A stretch of 64,000 nucleotides of DNA from Thermoleophilaceae bacterium (GTDB lineage: Bacteria > Actinomycetota > Thermoleophilia > Solirubrobacterales > Thermoleophilaceae), in contig JAXDIE010000023.1 in NCBI GenBank assembly GCA_034664165.1, forward strand, positions 2,777 to 66,776. The letters are read 5' to 3'. The number at the start of each line of letters is the position of its first letter. Position 1 is the first letter of the stretch. This document shows positions 28,301 through 36,404 of the stretch, one piece after another. The notes below the pieces were generated by a model. It was not told where the DNA came from and did not search any database. It saw nothing but the letters and a program-made list of their open reading frames with translations. The position numbers and the translations under genes were made by a program.

Positions 28301-29940
28301 GGCGCGAACAGGTAGTCGAGGAGCCGGAGGGCATCGTTGTGCTGGTTCGAGGAGGAGCCTGAGCTCTGGCCTCCGCCGAGGAGCTTGTCGACCGCACCCT
28401 TGAGCCGTGCCTGCGGGGCGTCGAGCAGCTCCTTGAGCTTGTCGGTGCCGAGCTTGGCCAAGCCCTTGACGTCATCCACGGTCTTGCCGAGGCGGTCCTT
28501 GACCTCGCCGAGCAGCTTGTCCTTCAGGTCGTTGACCTTCTTGACGGTGTCGTCGACCAGGCCCTTGGTCTTGTCGACGACGTCCTTGACCTTGTCGCCG
28601 ACGGCCTTGACGGCGTCGCCGTCGGCCGTGTCGAAGCTCTTGTCGGGGCCGTCATAGGCGTTGACGCTCTTCGAGGCGGTTGAGGGCTTCTTGTTGGCCG
28701 GCTTGGCGGAGGCCGTCTTCGCCCCGTGATCGAGGCTGACGTCGCCCGGCGAGAGGTAGCGCTCCAGCGCGTGGCTGAAGGTGTTCTTGCTGACGTACGC
28801 GCGGATGCCGAAGAGATGGCTCAGGCCGTCGGAGGTACCGATGGCTCCGGCCCAGTTGTTCATCACGCCCATGAGCTTGGCGAATGAGCCCGAGCCCTGG
28901 CTGCCGTTGCCGTCCATCTGGTCGATGATCGGATCGGCGATGTCGACGAAGTGGCGCAGACGGTTCAGCGTCGGGCGGAGGCGCTCGACGACCGGGGTGC
29001 CCTCGCGGCCCAGCCGCACCAGATCGGGTGAAATCGCGCTGGCGGTGCGCAGGGTGTTCTGCGCGGCGTCCGCGAAGTCGGGCAGCTGCTCCAGCGTGTC
29101 ATGAAGCGGATCCGCCGTCCTGCGGAGGTCGGCCGCGGCCGGCTTGAGCTGGTTGGAGGTTGTGGTGAGCTTGCCGAGCGTGGTCTGGAGCTGGGTGAGG
29201 GCGGTTGGCGCCTCGCGGAAGGTGTTGCCGAGCTCCTCGCGGCGGCTTGCTGTGACCCGGAGGGCGTCGGCCGCGCTGTCGACAAGGTTGCCGAGGTCTC
29301 CCCGGTTACCCGAGATCGATGCCACGACGCGGTCACCCTGATCGATGAGCATCTTCATCTTGTCCGTCTCCGAGCGGGCCTCGTTGGTCAGGTCCGCGAT
29401 CTGGTCGATGGCCGGGGGAAGCTCCTCGAGCAGGCCGTTGAAATCCGAGCCGCGCCCGGCGAGCATGATGCCCGCCTCGTTGACGAGGATCCTCAGGCGC
29501 GCGCGGACGTCGGGGGCCAGGATGTTCAAGGCATCGTCGATCTCGACCGGGGTCGAGGTGCGCGCCAGCGGGATAGACGTGCCCGAGGGCAGCGGCTTGC
29601 TGAGGTCGCCTACCTCGAGGTCCATGTACTTCTCGCCGAGGAGGTTCACCGGGCGTGCGGCGGCGGTGGCGCCCTCGCCGATGTTGCCGCTGCCCGGGTC
29701 AAGCAGCATGGTGACCAGAGCGGTGTCGTCCTTGCTCAGCTCGAGGTGGGTGATGATGCCCGCGTCAACGCCGCCGATCTTGACGTTCGAGTTCGGCACC
29801 AGGCCGGACGCGTCGGTGAGCTCGGCCTTGACCACGTAGGTGCCGTTCGGCGTCTCGAACACCGCGTGCTTGAAGATGAGCACGACGGGGATCAGCAGCA
29901 CGATGGCGATGATCGGCGCGAGTATGCCCTTCGTGTTCAC
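28297..29940 (-). CDS. mceB: MCE-family substrate-binding protein with K/D-rich 11-mer repeat tail
   Basis: 547 aa. N-terminal TM, MCE domain VKIGGVDAGII. The C-terminal region has about seven 11-residue repeats. Confidence 0.88.
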   Translation of the reverse strand: MNTKGILAPIIAIVLLIPVVLIFKHAVFETPNGTYVVKAELTDASGLVPNSNVKIGGVDAGIITHLELSKDDTALVTMLLDPGSGNIGEGATAAARPVNLLGEKYMDLEVGDLSKPLPSGTSIPLARTSTPVEIDDALNILAPDVRARLRILVNEAGIMLAGRGSDFNGLLEELPPAIDQIADLTNEARSETDKMKMLIDQGDRVVASISGNRGDLGNLVDSAADALRVTASRREELGNTFREAPTALTQLQTTLGKLTTTSNQLKPAAADLRRTADPLHDTLEQLPDFADAAQNTLRTASAISPDLVRLGREGTPVVERLRPTLNRLRHFVDIADPIIDQMDGNGSQGSGSFAKLMGVMNNWAGAIGTSDGLSHLFGIRAYVSKNTFSHALERYLSPGDVSLDHGAKTASAKPANKKPSTASKSVNAYDGPDKSFDTADGDAVKAVGDKVKDVVDKTKGLVDDTVKKVNDLKDKLLGEVKDRLGKTVDDVKGLAKLGTDKLKELLDAPQARLKGAVDKLLGGGQSSGSSSNQHNDALRLLDYLFAP

Positions 29941-31295
29941 TTGGCCGCGTCCCTTGCGTCCTCGGGGTCCTTGGACGGGTCAAGCGAGTCCGGCGTGTAG
30001 CCGCACTTCTCGATGAACTGCGGGTTGCCGGCGTCGACACCGGGTACGCGCGGGTAGGCGTAGTGGTCACCCGACAGGTCAGTGAAGGCCTTGGTCGTGA
30101 AGCCCGGCGGGTAGAGGTTGTTCATGATCGCGCCGGAGCTGCCTCGGACGCGGGCGTAGTGGGAGACGCTGTCGTAGTTCTGGGAGAAGCTGGCCCAGTT
30201 GGACAGGAAGCCGGCGAACTCGGGGGCGTAGGGGCGGAAGCAGCCGATCATCGGTGCCAGGTTCTTGAAGAGCGGGTCGATGTCCCTCGAGAACGGGGCG
30301 CCGCGACGCAGCATGGCGGTGATGTCCGGAGCCGAGTTGGTGATGGTCCGGACTGTGGACAGCGCGTTGGGCGCGGTGTGGCGGAGCTGCGAGAGCGCCG
30401 GGCGCATCTGGGCGGCCAGCGGGCGCAGCTGCTGCGCGCCGGGCTTGAGGTCGTTCATGAGGCCGTTCAGCTCATTGATGCTGCTGTCGAAGCGGCTGAG
30501 TGTGGTGCGGCTCTGGCGGAGGGTCTCCGGGAACTCCGCGATGTCGGTCCGGAGGTCGGCCGAGTTGCTGCCGAAGGCGTCAAACGTCTGGGCCGCGCCG
30601 GCAACGACGTTGCGGATCGCGTCGCTGTTGTTGGCCAGGATGCTGGCTGTGTTGGAGGTGTCGCTGACCAGGCGCTGCAGCGAGTACTCGTCCTGGGCCA
30701 GCTCGTGGAAGACGCCACCGGCTGCCTCGAAGGCCTCCGGGGATTCCTCGAGGCCGGATGCGAGCCCCTTCTCGTGGCCCACCACTGTGCCGCCGGTGTT
30801 GGCGAGCATCGTCTGGAAGCTCTCGCGCGTATCGGCGTTGAAGGTGTTGAAGAGGTCGTCGAACTCGACGGCCGAGACGGTGTTGTCGGTCGGGATGATC
30901 CCGCCGTCGGCGATCGCCGGTGCGCTGTCCGGGCCCGGATCCAGCTCGATGAAGCGGGTGCCGTTGCCGACCGTGGTTCCCCAGCGGGCCACCGCGCGGG
31001 TGCCCTGGTGGAGCGGCCAGACGCGCTCGTCGCTGATGCCGATCTCCACGACGGAGACGCCGTCGACGTAGCTGATCTTGCCGACCTTGCCGGCGTCGAT
31101 CCCGTCAACGCGTACGTCGAGGCCAGGGAAGAGCTGGACGGCCGAGGTGAAGCCGGCCTTGATCGTGTGCGCCTGGGTGCGCGTGCCGATGACCCACCAG
31201 ACGAAGAGCACGGCCGCGATCGCGATGATCACAAGCCATGGCCTGGATATCAGCCAGTTCCCCGCCCCCTTGCTGCGCCCCCCTACTGCCCCCAC
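29937..31295 (-). CDS. mceA: MCE-family substrate-binding protein (first of six)
   Basis: 452 aa. N-terminal TM (WLVIIAIAAVLFVWWVI), MCE domain VRVDGIDAGKVGKI. Confidence 0.88.
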   Translation of the reverse strand: MGAVGGRSKGAGNWLISRPWLVIIAIAAVLFVWWVIGTRTQAHTIKAGFTSAVQLFPGLDVRVDGIDAGKVGKISYVDGVSVVEIGISDERVWPLHQGTRAVARWGTTVGNGTRFIELDPGPDSAPAIADGGIIPTDNTVSAVEFDDLFNTFNADTRESFQTMLANTGGTVVGHEKGLASGLEESPEAFEAAGGVFHELAQDEYSLQRLVSDTSNTASILANNSDAIRNVVAGAAQTFDAFGSNSADLRTDIAEFPETLRQSRTTLSRFDSSINELNGLMNDLKPGAQQLRPLAAQMRPALSQLRHTAPNALSTVRTITNSAPDITAMLRRGAPFSRDIDPLFKNLAPMIGCFRPYAPEFAGFLSNWASFSQNYDSVSHYARVRGSSGAIMNNLYPPGFTTKAFTDLSGDHYAYPRVPGVDAGNPQFIEKCGYTPDSLDPSKDPEDARDAAK

Positions 31296-31304
31296 TGCCC
31301 GGCC

Positions 31305-32177
31305 TTAGCCTCCGACCGCCGTCCTGGGATTCGCGCCCCAGAACACCATGGTCAACGCTGCGCCGATGACACAGACGATGATGAGGTTGAGGATCATCGA
31401 CCTGGCTGTGGCCGTGCCCACACCGACGGGACCGCCCGACGCGTTGTAGCCGTAGTACATGGCCACGAGCACTATCAATGTGCCAAGGGTCATGCCCTTG
31501 ATCAGCGAGTAGAGGATGTCGACCGGCTGGGTGAAGCCCCAGTGGATGGTCTCCCAACCCGCCTGCGAGACCTCGCCGATCGTCACGATCAGAATGAAGA
31601 AGTTGGCCAGGTAGTGGAAGCCCATGCCGACCAGGAAGATCAGCGGGAACGCGACCCAGCAGGCCACGAGGCGGGTTGCCACGACGTAGCGCATCGGGCT
31701 CAGGCCCATCGTGTCCATGGCGTCGAGCTCGTCGTTGATCCGCATCGAGCCGATCTCGGCGACCAGTCCGCAGCCGACCTTGGCGGCGAGGATGCAGCCC
31801 CACATGAACGGGATGCACTCGCGCGCGGCGCAGTACGCAGTGAACACGCCCGAGTAGACGGTGGCGCCGTACCCGCGGAGCACGTAGTTGGCCTCGAGGC
31901 CGCACTCCATGCCCATGACGAACTCCATGAACCAGATCACCGCGGCCGAGCCGACGATGAGGATGCCGATCTGGCGGAGGATCTCCGCCGAGTAGCGCCA
32001 GACACCGCGGACCTCGACCAGCGTTCGGCCGACGAACGCGCCCATGTCGCCCGCCGTCTCGAAGGTCGAGCGGATGGGTGCCGTGAGACCCGCCGTGAGG
32101 CGGCTTCCGGATGTGGGAGGAGTCGCGCCTGCGCCCGCGAGTGCCGGCCGAGCGCGTCCTTGCGTTACCTCTGCCAT
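31305..32177 (-). CDS. yrbEB: YrbE/MlaE-family permease
   Basis: 290 aa from MAEVTQG (ATG 32177, 1 nt after the yrbEA stop). Polytopic. The track ORF extends to 32270. Confidence 0.88.
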   Translation of the reverse strand: MAEVTQGRARPALAGAGATPPTSGSRLTAGLTAPIRSTFETAGDMGAFVGRTLVEVRGVWRYSAEILRQIGILIVGSAAVIWFMEFVMGMECGLEANYVLRGYGATVYSGVFTAYCAARECIPFMWGCILAAKVGCGLVAEIGSMRINDELDAMDTMGLSPMRYVVATRLVACWVAFPLIFLVGMGFHYLANFFILIVTIGEVSQAGWETIHWGFTQPVDILYSLIKGMTLGTLIVLVAMYYGYNASGGPVGVGTATARSMILNLIIVCVIGAALTMVFWGANPRTAVGG

Positions 32178-32178
32178 G

Positions 32179-33051
32179 TCAGTGGAGGTTGCCGGTCTCG
32201 GGGAACGCCGCGAGCAGCATGGTCGTGAACATGTAGTTGAAGACCCAGATGCCGGCGAACGAGATGACAACCGCCTGGTTGACCGCTCGACCCACCCCCT
32301 CTGCGCCGCCCTTGACGTTCATCCCCTTGTAGCAACAGACGATGGCGATGATGAACCCGAAGAGGCTGGTCTTGATGACACTGCCCAGCAGGTCCGGAAG
32401 GGTGAAGTTGGAGCTGAACGTCGCGTAGTAGCCGGCCGAGGTCTCGTTCCAGGTGACGACCGCCGCGAACCATCCGCCCAGCACGCCGAAGCTGATGGCC
32501 AGGAGGTTCATGAGAGCGGTGATCAGGCCGAGCGCCAGGAAGCGCGGCGTGACGATGCTGCGCACCGGGTCCAGGCCGAGAACCGAGAGCGCGTCGATCT
32601 CCTCGCGCACCTTGCGGGCTCCGAGGTCCGCGCAGATGGCCGTGCCGCCGACTCCTGCCATGACCATGCCGTTGATCCACGGGGCGAACTCGCGCACGGA
32701 CGCCATCACGAAGAACGCGCCCTCGCGGTCGATGGTCCCGAACACGGAGAGGAGGTTCGAAGCCTGGAGCCCCGGCGCCCCGTAGCCGAACCCGACCGTG
32801 GTGAACATGATCGGGACGATGCATCGACGGATGAGGAGGAAGGTCTCGTCGACGAACTCGCCGCGCCATGTGAAAGGCGGGGTGATGGCGGCCGTGATGG
32901 CCTTGCCGGTCAGGATCATCATGCCGGCGGTCTGCTCGAGAATCCCGGCGGGGCCCTCCAGCACGCGCTTGGCTCCACCTCGGATTCGCTGGGGTGTGCG
33001 CTGCGGCGCGGGTAGAACGGTCCGACGCGGGGTCTGCGTTGTTGCCGACAC
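32179..33051 (-). CDS. yrbEA: YrbE/MlaE-family permease
   Basis: 290 aa with GTG start after GAGGAGGAG. Polytopic and paralogous to the next gene. Confidence 0.88.
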   Translation of the reverse strand: MSATTQTPRRTVLPAPQRTPQRIRGGAKRVLEGPAGILEQTAGMMILTGKAITAAITPPFTWRGEFVDETFLLIRRCIVPIMFTTVGFGYGAPGLQASNLLSVFGTIDREGAFFVMASVREFAPWINGMVMAGVGGTAICADLGARKVREEIDALSVLGLDPVRSIVTPRFLALGLITALMNLLAISFGVLGGWFAAVVTWNETSAGYYATFSSNFTLPDLLGSVIKTSLFGFIIAIVCCYKGMNVKGGAEGVGRAVNQAVVISFAGIWVFNYMFTTMLLAAFPETGNLH

Positions 33052-33094
33052 TTCTGACTCCTCCTCAAGAGCTTGCCCGGGAACTTCGACACAA

Positions 33095-33122
33095 GTATTA
33101 GCTGACTAGGACGTACGTGCAA
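33095..33122 (-). promoter_or_regulatory. candidate promoter of the mce operon
   Basis: On the minus strand: TTGCAC, 16 nt, TAATAC, in the only AT-richer stretch upstream of yrbEA. Confidence 0.3.
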
Positions 33123-33236
33123 TCACCTTCTGCATCCCCCTAGATGGAGATGCATCATCCGAAAGGGGTGTTTTGCCCCTCGGCACCGCTTCGCAAGCGG
33201 GTCTCGACGGCCCCGCCACGGGATACTTCCCCAACT

Positions 33237-33431
33237 ATGGAAGCCCTCCTGCCGGTGATCGCGTGCCCCCTCGACGGCCTCGCCGGCGCCGGCTTCACGC
33301 TCGTCGACATGGTCTTCATCATCGCAGTGATCCTGGCGGCGGTCTACTGCGTCGTGAGGAAGCACTACACGGTGCTGGTCGTGCTGGTGGTGGTCGCCCT
33401 GGTGGGCGGCGCGCTGCTCCTCGGGCGCTAG
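33237..33431 (+). CDS. small membrane protein (64 aa)
   Basis: ATG at 33237 (MEALLPVIA...). Two hydrophobic helices. The track ORF starts at 33144. Confidence 0.4.
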   Translation: MEALLPVIACPLDGLAGAGFTLVDMVFIIAVILAAVYCVVRKHYTVLVVLVVVALVGGALLLGR

Positions 33432-33439
33432 GCGTAGGC

Positions 33440-33765
33440 GTTCCGTCTACGGCAGCAATGAGGGGGCCGGTGTTGGGGCTGGGCATCTCCGCCGCACCCT
33501 CAGGACAAAAGAAAACGCGTTTCGCTGGGAGTAAAACCCGCGCCTCCGGGGAGCCGCGGGCGAGGCGAGGTTCCCCGCACAACCCACAGGACTAATTGCA
33601 TGGAGTTTTCCTGGGAGAACAATTCGTGGCTCCCCTTCGTCGCCTTCCTGGGCGCGGTTCCGTAACAACGGCAGCAATGAGGGCACAAAGCGAAGCCGGT
33701 GGGAGCCACCGTCCTGCCCAACGGAGACAGGACCCGCGTGCAGCAGCGGTACGAGCAGTAATTTC
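33440..33765. repeat. intergenic repeat element, copy A (core 33578-33765)
   Basis: The core aligns with 55447-55632 in the same orientation, with only scattered substitutions and indels. It contains AACGGCAGCAATGAGG-type motifs at 33447-33463 and 33667-33683. It lies between convergent gene ends. Confidence 0.75.
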
Positions 33766-33768
33766 GGC

Positions 33769-34056
33769 CTACGGCCGGCGCAGCGCTTCCGGACCGTACA
33801 TCTCAAGTTCAGCTTCAGTGATCTCCCGGCGGCCCTGGGCGCGGCGACGCTCGTTCTCCCGGCCCATCATCTGGAACAGATCCTCGGCATCGAGCTCCGC
33901 CCGCCTGGCCGCGTGCTCCTCCGGGCGGTAGTCCAGGAGGTCGCCGGCTCCGCTGCCGGGCGAGTGCAGCCAGGCCAGGATGATGAAGACCAGGACGCTT
34001 CCGAAAAAGAGTATGGCGAGCCAGGCCCCGACGGTTATGTCAGCTACGACCATCAA
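33769..34056 (-). CDS. small membrane protein (95 aa) with charged C-terminal tail
   Basis: One N-terminal TM pair (ITVGAWLAILFFGSVLVFIILAWL) followed by an acidic/basic tail. No family recognised. Confidence 0.45.
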   Translation of the reverse strand: MMVVADITVGAWLAILFFGSVLVFIILAWLHSPGSGAGDLLDYRPEEHAARRAELDAEDLFQMMGRENERRRAQGRREITEAELEMYGPEALRRP

Positions 34057-34068
34057 GAGCGGCGGAGG

Positions 34069-34716
34069 CTACTGCGGCGAGTCGATGTACTTCTTGGTTC
34101 GGGCCAGGACCTCGTCTATGTCGAGGGCCTGCGAGAAGGCCTCGCTGGGGCTCATCCCGCGGGCCATCTTGATGGCGCCGGAGTGGCGGCCCTCCACCTG
34201 CACGATGCCTCCGGCAGCTTCGAGCAACGGGCTCGAGATGATCTGTGGCGCGGCGCCGTTGTAGGCCCCGACCCCGGTGTCCTCGAGCGCCTCGGCGAGC
34301 TCCAGGAAGGACGCCTCGTCGGAGAGCGGGAAGTTGAACTTGGGGGTCTTGCCCGGCTTCCCGCCGAGCACCTCGATCACGGACTTGAGCTTCTCGACGT
34401 GCTGGGACTCGTTGTCGCCGATCAGCTGCGCGAGCTCGCGCGTGCTTGCGCTCAATGAGACCTGGTCGAGGGCCTGCGCGTAGAACGCGGCCTCGAGCTC
34501 CTCGAGGGTGAGCGCGAAGTTCGCGATGTCAAGGTCGACCTTGGCGCCTGGGCCGCCGGTGATCTTGAACTTGCCCGAGCCGAGCGCCGAGGCCACGAAC
34601 GGCTGCACGGCTGCCAGGCCGGACACCGCCGCCGTGGTGAGAGCGCCCCTCAGAAGGAAGGCGCCGCGGCTCATTCCCTCGACCTCGATGGCCCGGGTGT
34701 CGATGGGGCGGGTCAT
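34069..34716 (-). CDS. secreted ferritin-like domain protein
   Basis: 215 aa from MTRPID. Signal-like MSRGAFLLRGALTTAAVSGLAAV. Ferritin-like helices: NFALTLEELEAAFY, ESQHVEKL, AEALEDTGVGAYNG, VEGRHSG. The track ORF extends to 35328. Confidence 0.7.
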   Translation of the reverse strand: MTRPIDTRAIEVEGMSRGAFLLRGALTTAAVSGLAAVQPFVASALGSGKFKITGGPGAKVDLDIANFALTLEELEAAFYAQALDQVSLSASTRELAQLIGDNESQHVEKLKSVIEVLGGKPGKTPKFNFPLSDEASFLELAEALEDTGVGAYNGAAPQIISSPLLEAAGGIVQVEGRHSGAIKMARGMSPSEAFSQALDIDEVLARTKKYIDSPQ

Positions 34717-35426
34717 GACTTCTTGTTCCCGTCCTTCTTGAGAAGCGGCTGGATGGCGTCCATGACCTCTTTGCCGTCGGCCGGGGCAGCGATGGAGCCG
34801 TCGGGCACGATCGACCGGTCGATGAGCCCCGCGAGGGCGGCGGCATGGGCGCCCTCGACCGTGTGAATCGAAAGCGCCAGCCGCAGCACGTCCGGGCGCT
34901 CGATCCTCGTAGCCTGGCCGAGGTAGGCGGCCGCTCCGAGGTCCTCGAGGTCGGCAGCGGTCTGCAGGACCTGGCGGCGGCTGCGCAGGTCGAAGCTGGT
35001 CTCCGGGCGCGGTGCGGCGGTTGCGCCCACTCCGCTGAGGAAGCTCTTGATCGCGTCGACGTGCGCGTGCTCGGTCTTGCCGATGTCCTGGAAGAGCTTG
35101 AGATCGTCGCCCTTGAGCAAGCCACTGGCGATGGCTGCGTCGTAGAAGTCGGCCTCGATGTACTCGAGCGTGAGCGCATAGTTGGCGATGCCGACGTCGC
35201 CGGCACCGAAGGCGTCCTCGACGGCCGGATCGAACGTCGCGACGACGCGCCCGTACTGGGTGCCCTCGGAGTCCGAGTTGCGACTGGCGGTGTCGAAGCC
35301 CTTGGCCGACTCCTCTTCGTTGCCACACCCGGCGGCCACCGCCGAGAGCCCGCCGGCGAAGACCAGGCCGGCACCGGCCTTGAGTGCAGTCGCGCGCGAG
35401 ATGAGCTTGTCGGTGGGCTGGCTCAT
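34713..35426 (-). CDS. ferritin-like domain lipoprotein
   Basis: 237 aa. Lipobox LSAVAAGC. Ferritin-like helices: NYALTLEYIEADFY, EHAHVDAI, AADLEDLGAAAYLG, VEGAHAA. 4-nt overlap with the downstream paralog. Confidence 0.7.
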   Translation of the reverse strand: MSQPTDKLISRATALKAGAGLVFAGGLSAVAAGCGNEEESAKGFDTASRNSDSEGTQYGRVVATFDPAVEDAFGAGDVGIANYALTLEYIEADFYDAAIASGLLKGDDLKLFQDIGKTEHAHVDAIKSFLSGVGATAAPRPETSFDLRSRRQVLQTAADLEDLGAAAYLGQATRIERPDVLRLALSIHTVEGAHAAALAGLIDRSIVPDGSIAAPADGKEVMDAIQPLLKKDGNKKS

Positions 35427-35487
35427 GGGGGCGATCCTAGGCCGATCCGGAGCTTCCGGGTCGAAGTACGTTTAGATTCCCGAGCCC

Positions 35488-36393
35488 GTGGCAAGCCTCT
35501 TCCCCTTCGTCCAGCTCGAGTTCACCCATGCCCTTGGACCGGACGCGGGGAGGTACGTGATCGCTCCGGACGGAGGTGTGGAGAGCGCCGCGCCCGACGC
35601 ACTCGGCAGCGCCGATCTCCTGTTGCTCGAGCACGTGGGTGCGCGAACCGCATCCGAGGGCGGGCTCATCAGGCGCAAAACGCGGCCGGCGGCTCCCGGC
35701 GAGGAGCCGGCTCCCGTTGCACTGGCTCTGGCCACGATCATCCGCGCCACCTCGCGAACGCCGTCCGAGGCCGACGCCCAGAAGCTGCTGCGCGCGATCG
35801 ACTCCTCCGAGGAGGAGCAGGAGAAGTGGATCGCCGCCGCGATCGCCGACCTCAACCTGGCCATCCGCGCCTACCGCGTCGCGGCACTCGACCCCTACGC
35901 CATCGAGGTCACCCGCGCCGACCCGCGCCGCGTGCGGATCGGCTACGGCAATGGAGCCGACGTGTACAAGGGCGCCTGGAGCGCGGCCATAGCCATCCCC
36001 GCACCGCGCGCGCCCAAGCTCAGGCGTGGCGAGAAGCTCGCGCCCACCGAAGCGGTTGCCGGCGTCCTGTCCGGCCGAGCCTTCGCGCTCGACTCCGAGA
36101 GCCTGATCATGCGCGCCCTGCTCGATGTGGATCAAGGACGGACCAGGTCCGCGGCCGTGCAGCTGCGCGCCGGCTATGAGATGTTCTGGGCCGAGGTGAC
36201 CAACGAGTCGCCGCCGAGCTCCGTGAGCGAGCCGCTCACCAAACTCAAGGTCGGCGAACAGGCCGTGACCGACCTGGCCGAGCGCGGGCTGCGTGAGCCC
36301 TCCGACTCGCCCGAGCTCGGGGAGCGCGTGGCGGAGGTCTGCACCGAGATCCTCTCGGTGGTGTCGACCTGGCGCTACGAGCTCCTCCGTTGA
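35488..36393 (+). CDS. hypothetical protein (301 aa)
   Basis: GTG start. Coding-like composition. No motif recognised. Confidence 0.4.
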   Translation: MASLFPFVQLEFTHALGPDAGRYVIAPDGGVESAAPDALGSADLLLLEHVGARTASEGGLIRRKTRPAAPGEEPAPVALALATIIRATSRTPSEADAQKLLRAIDSSEEEQEKWIAAAIADLNLAIRAYRVAALDPYAIEVTRADPRRVRIGYGNGADVYKGAWSAAIAIPAPRAPKLRRGEKLAPTEAVAGVLSGRAFALDSESLIMRALLDVDQGRTRSAAVQLRAGYEMFWAEVTNESPPSSVSEPLTKLKVGEQAVTDLAERGLREPSDSPELGERVAEVCTEILSVVSTWRYELLR

Positions 36394-36404
36394 GCGGCTA
36401 GCGG

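Noticed and set aside
30063-32228. 721-aa plus-strand ORF across mceA/yrbEB. Similar long antisense ORFs occur at 24340-25890, 25821-27053, 14424-16070, 10588-12093, 3341-4807, 42428-43876, 44079-45353, 45354-46865, 51860-53314, 38451-39731, 48109-49425 and 60416-61171.
   Set aside because: Each lies opposite a gene with strong family signatures (MCE, YrbE, P450, ACAD, GMC, ligase, LuxR, PucR and others). Each has low-complexity R/G/A/H/D-rich composition and no recognisable domain.
33640-33700. Partial resemblance of the repeat core to riboswitch consensus pieces: GGUUCCG of ykkC/guanidine-I, and CCUGGGC of the ZTP 3' element.
   Set aside because: Only short fragments match, and the other obligatory conserved blocks (GGUCCGAGAG, ACACGGCGGGA; GGGUCGUGAC...CCGCCUGGGCA) are absent. 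The element lies at 3' gene ends rather than in a 5' leader.
33459-33763. Short ORFs inside repeat copy A: a 45-aa frame from the ATG within GCAATGAGG, and a 20-aa frame VGATVLPNGDRTRVQQRYEQ.
   Set aside because: Copy B lacks the ATG (it reads GCAATCAGG) and has a 1-nt indel that breaks the second frame. Conservation is therefore at the nucleotide level, not the peptide level.
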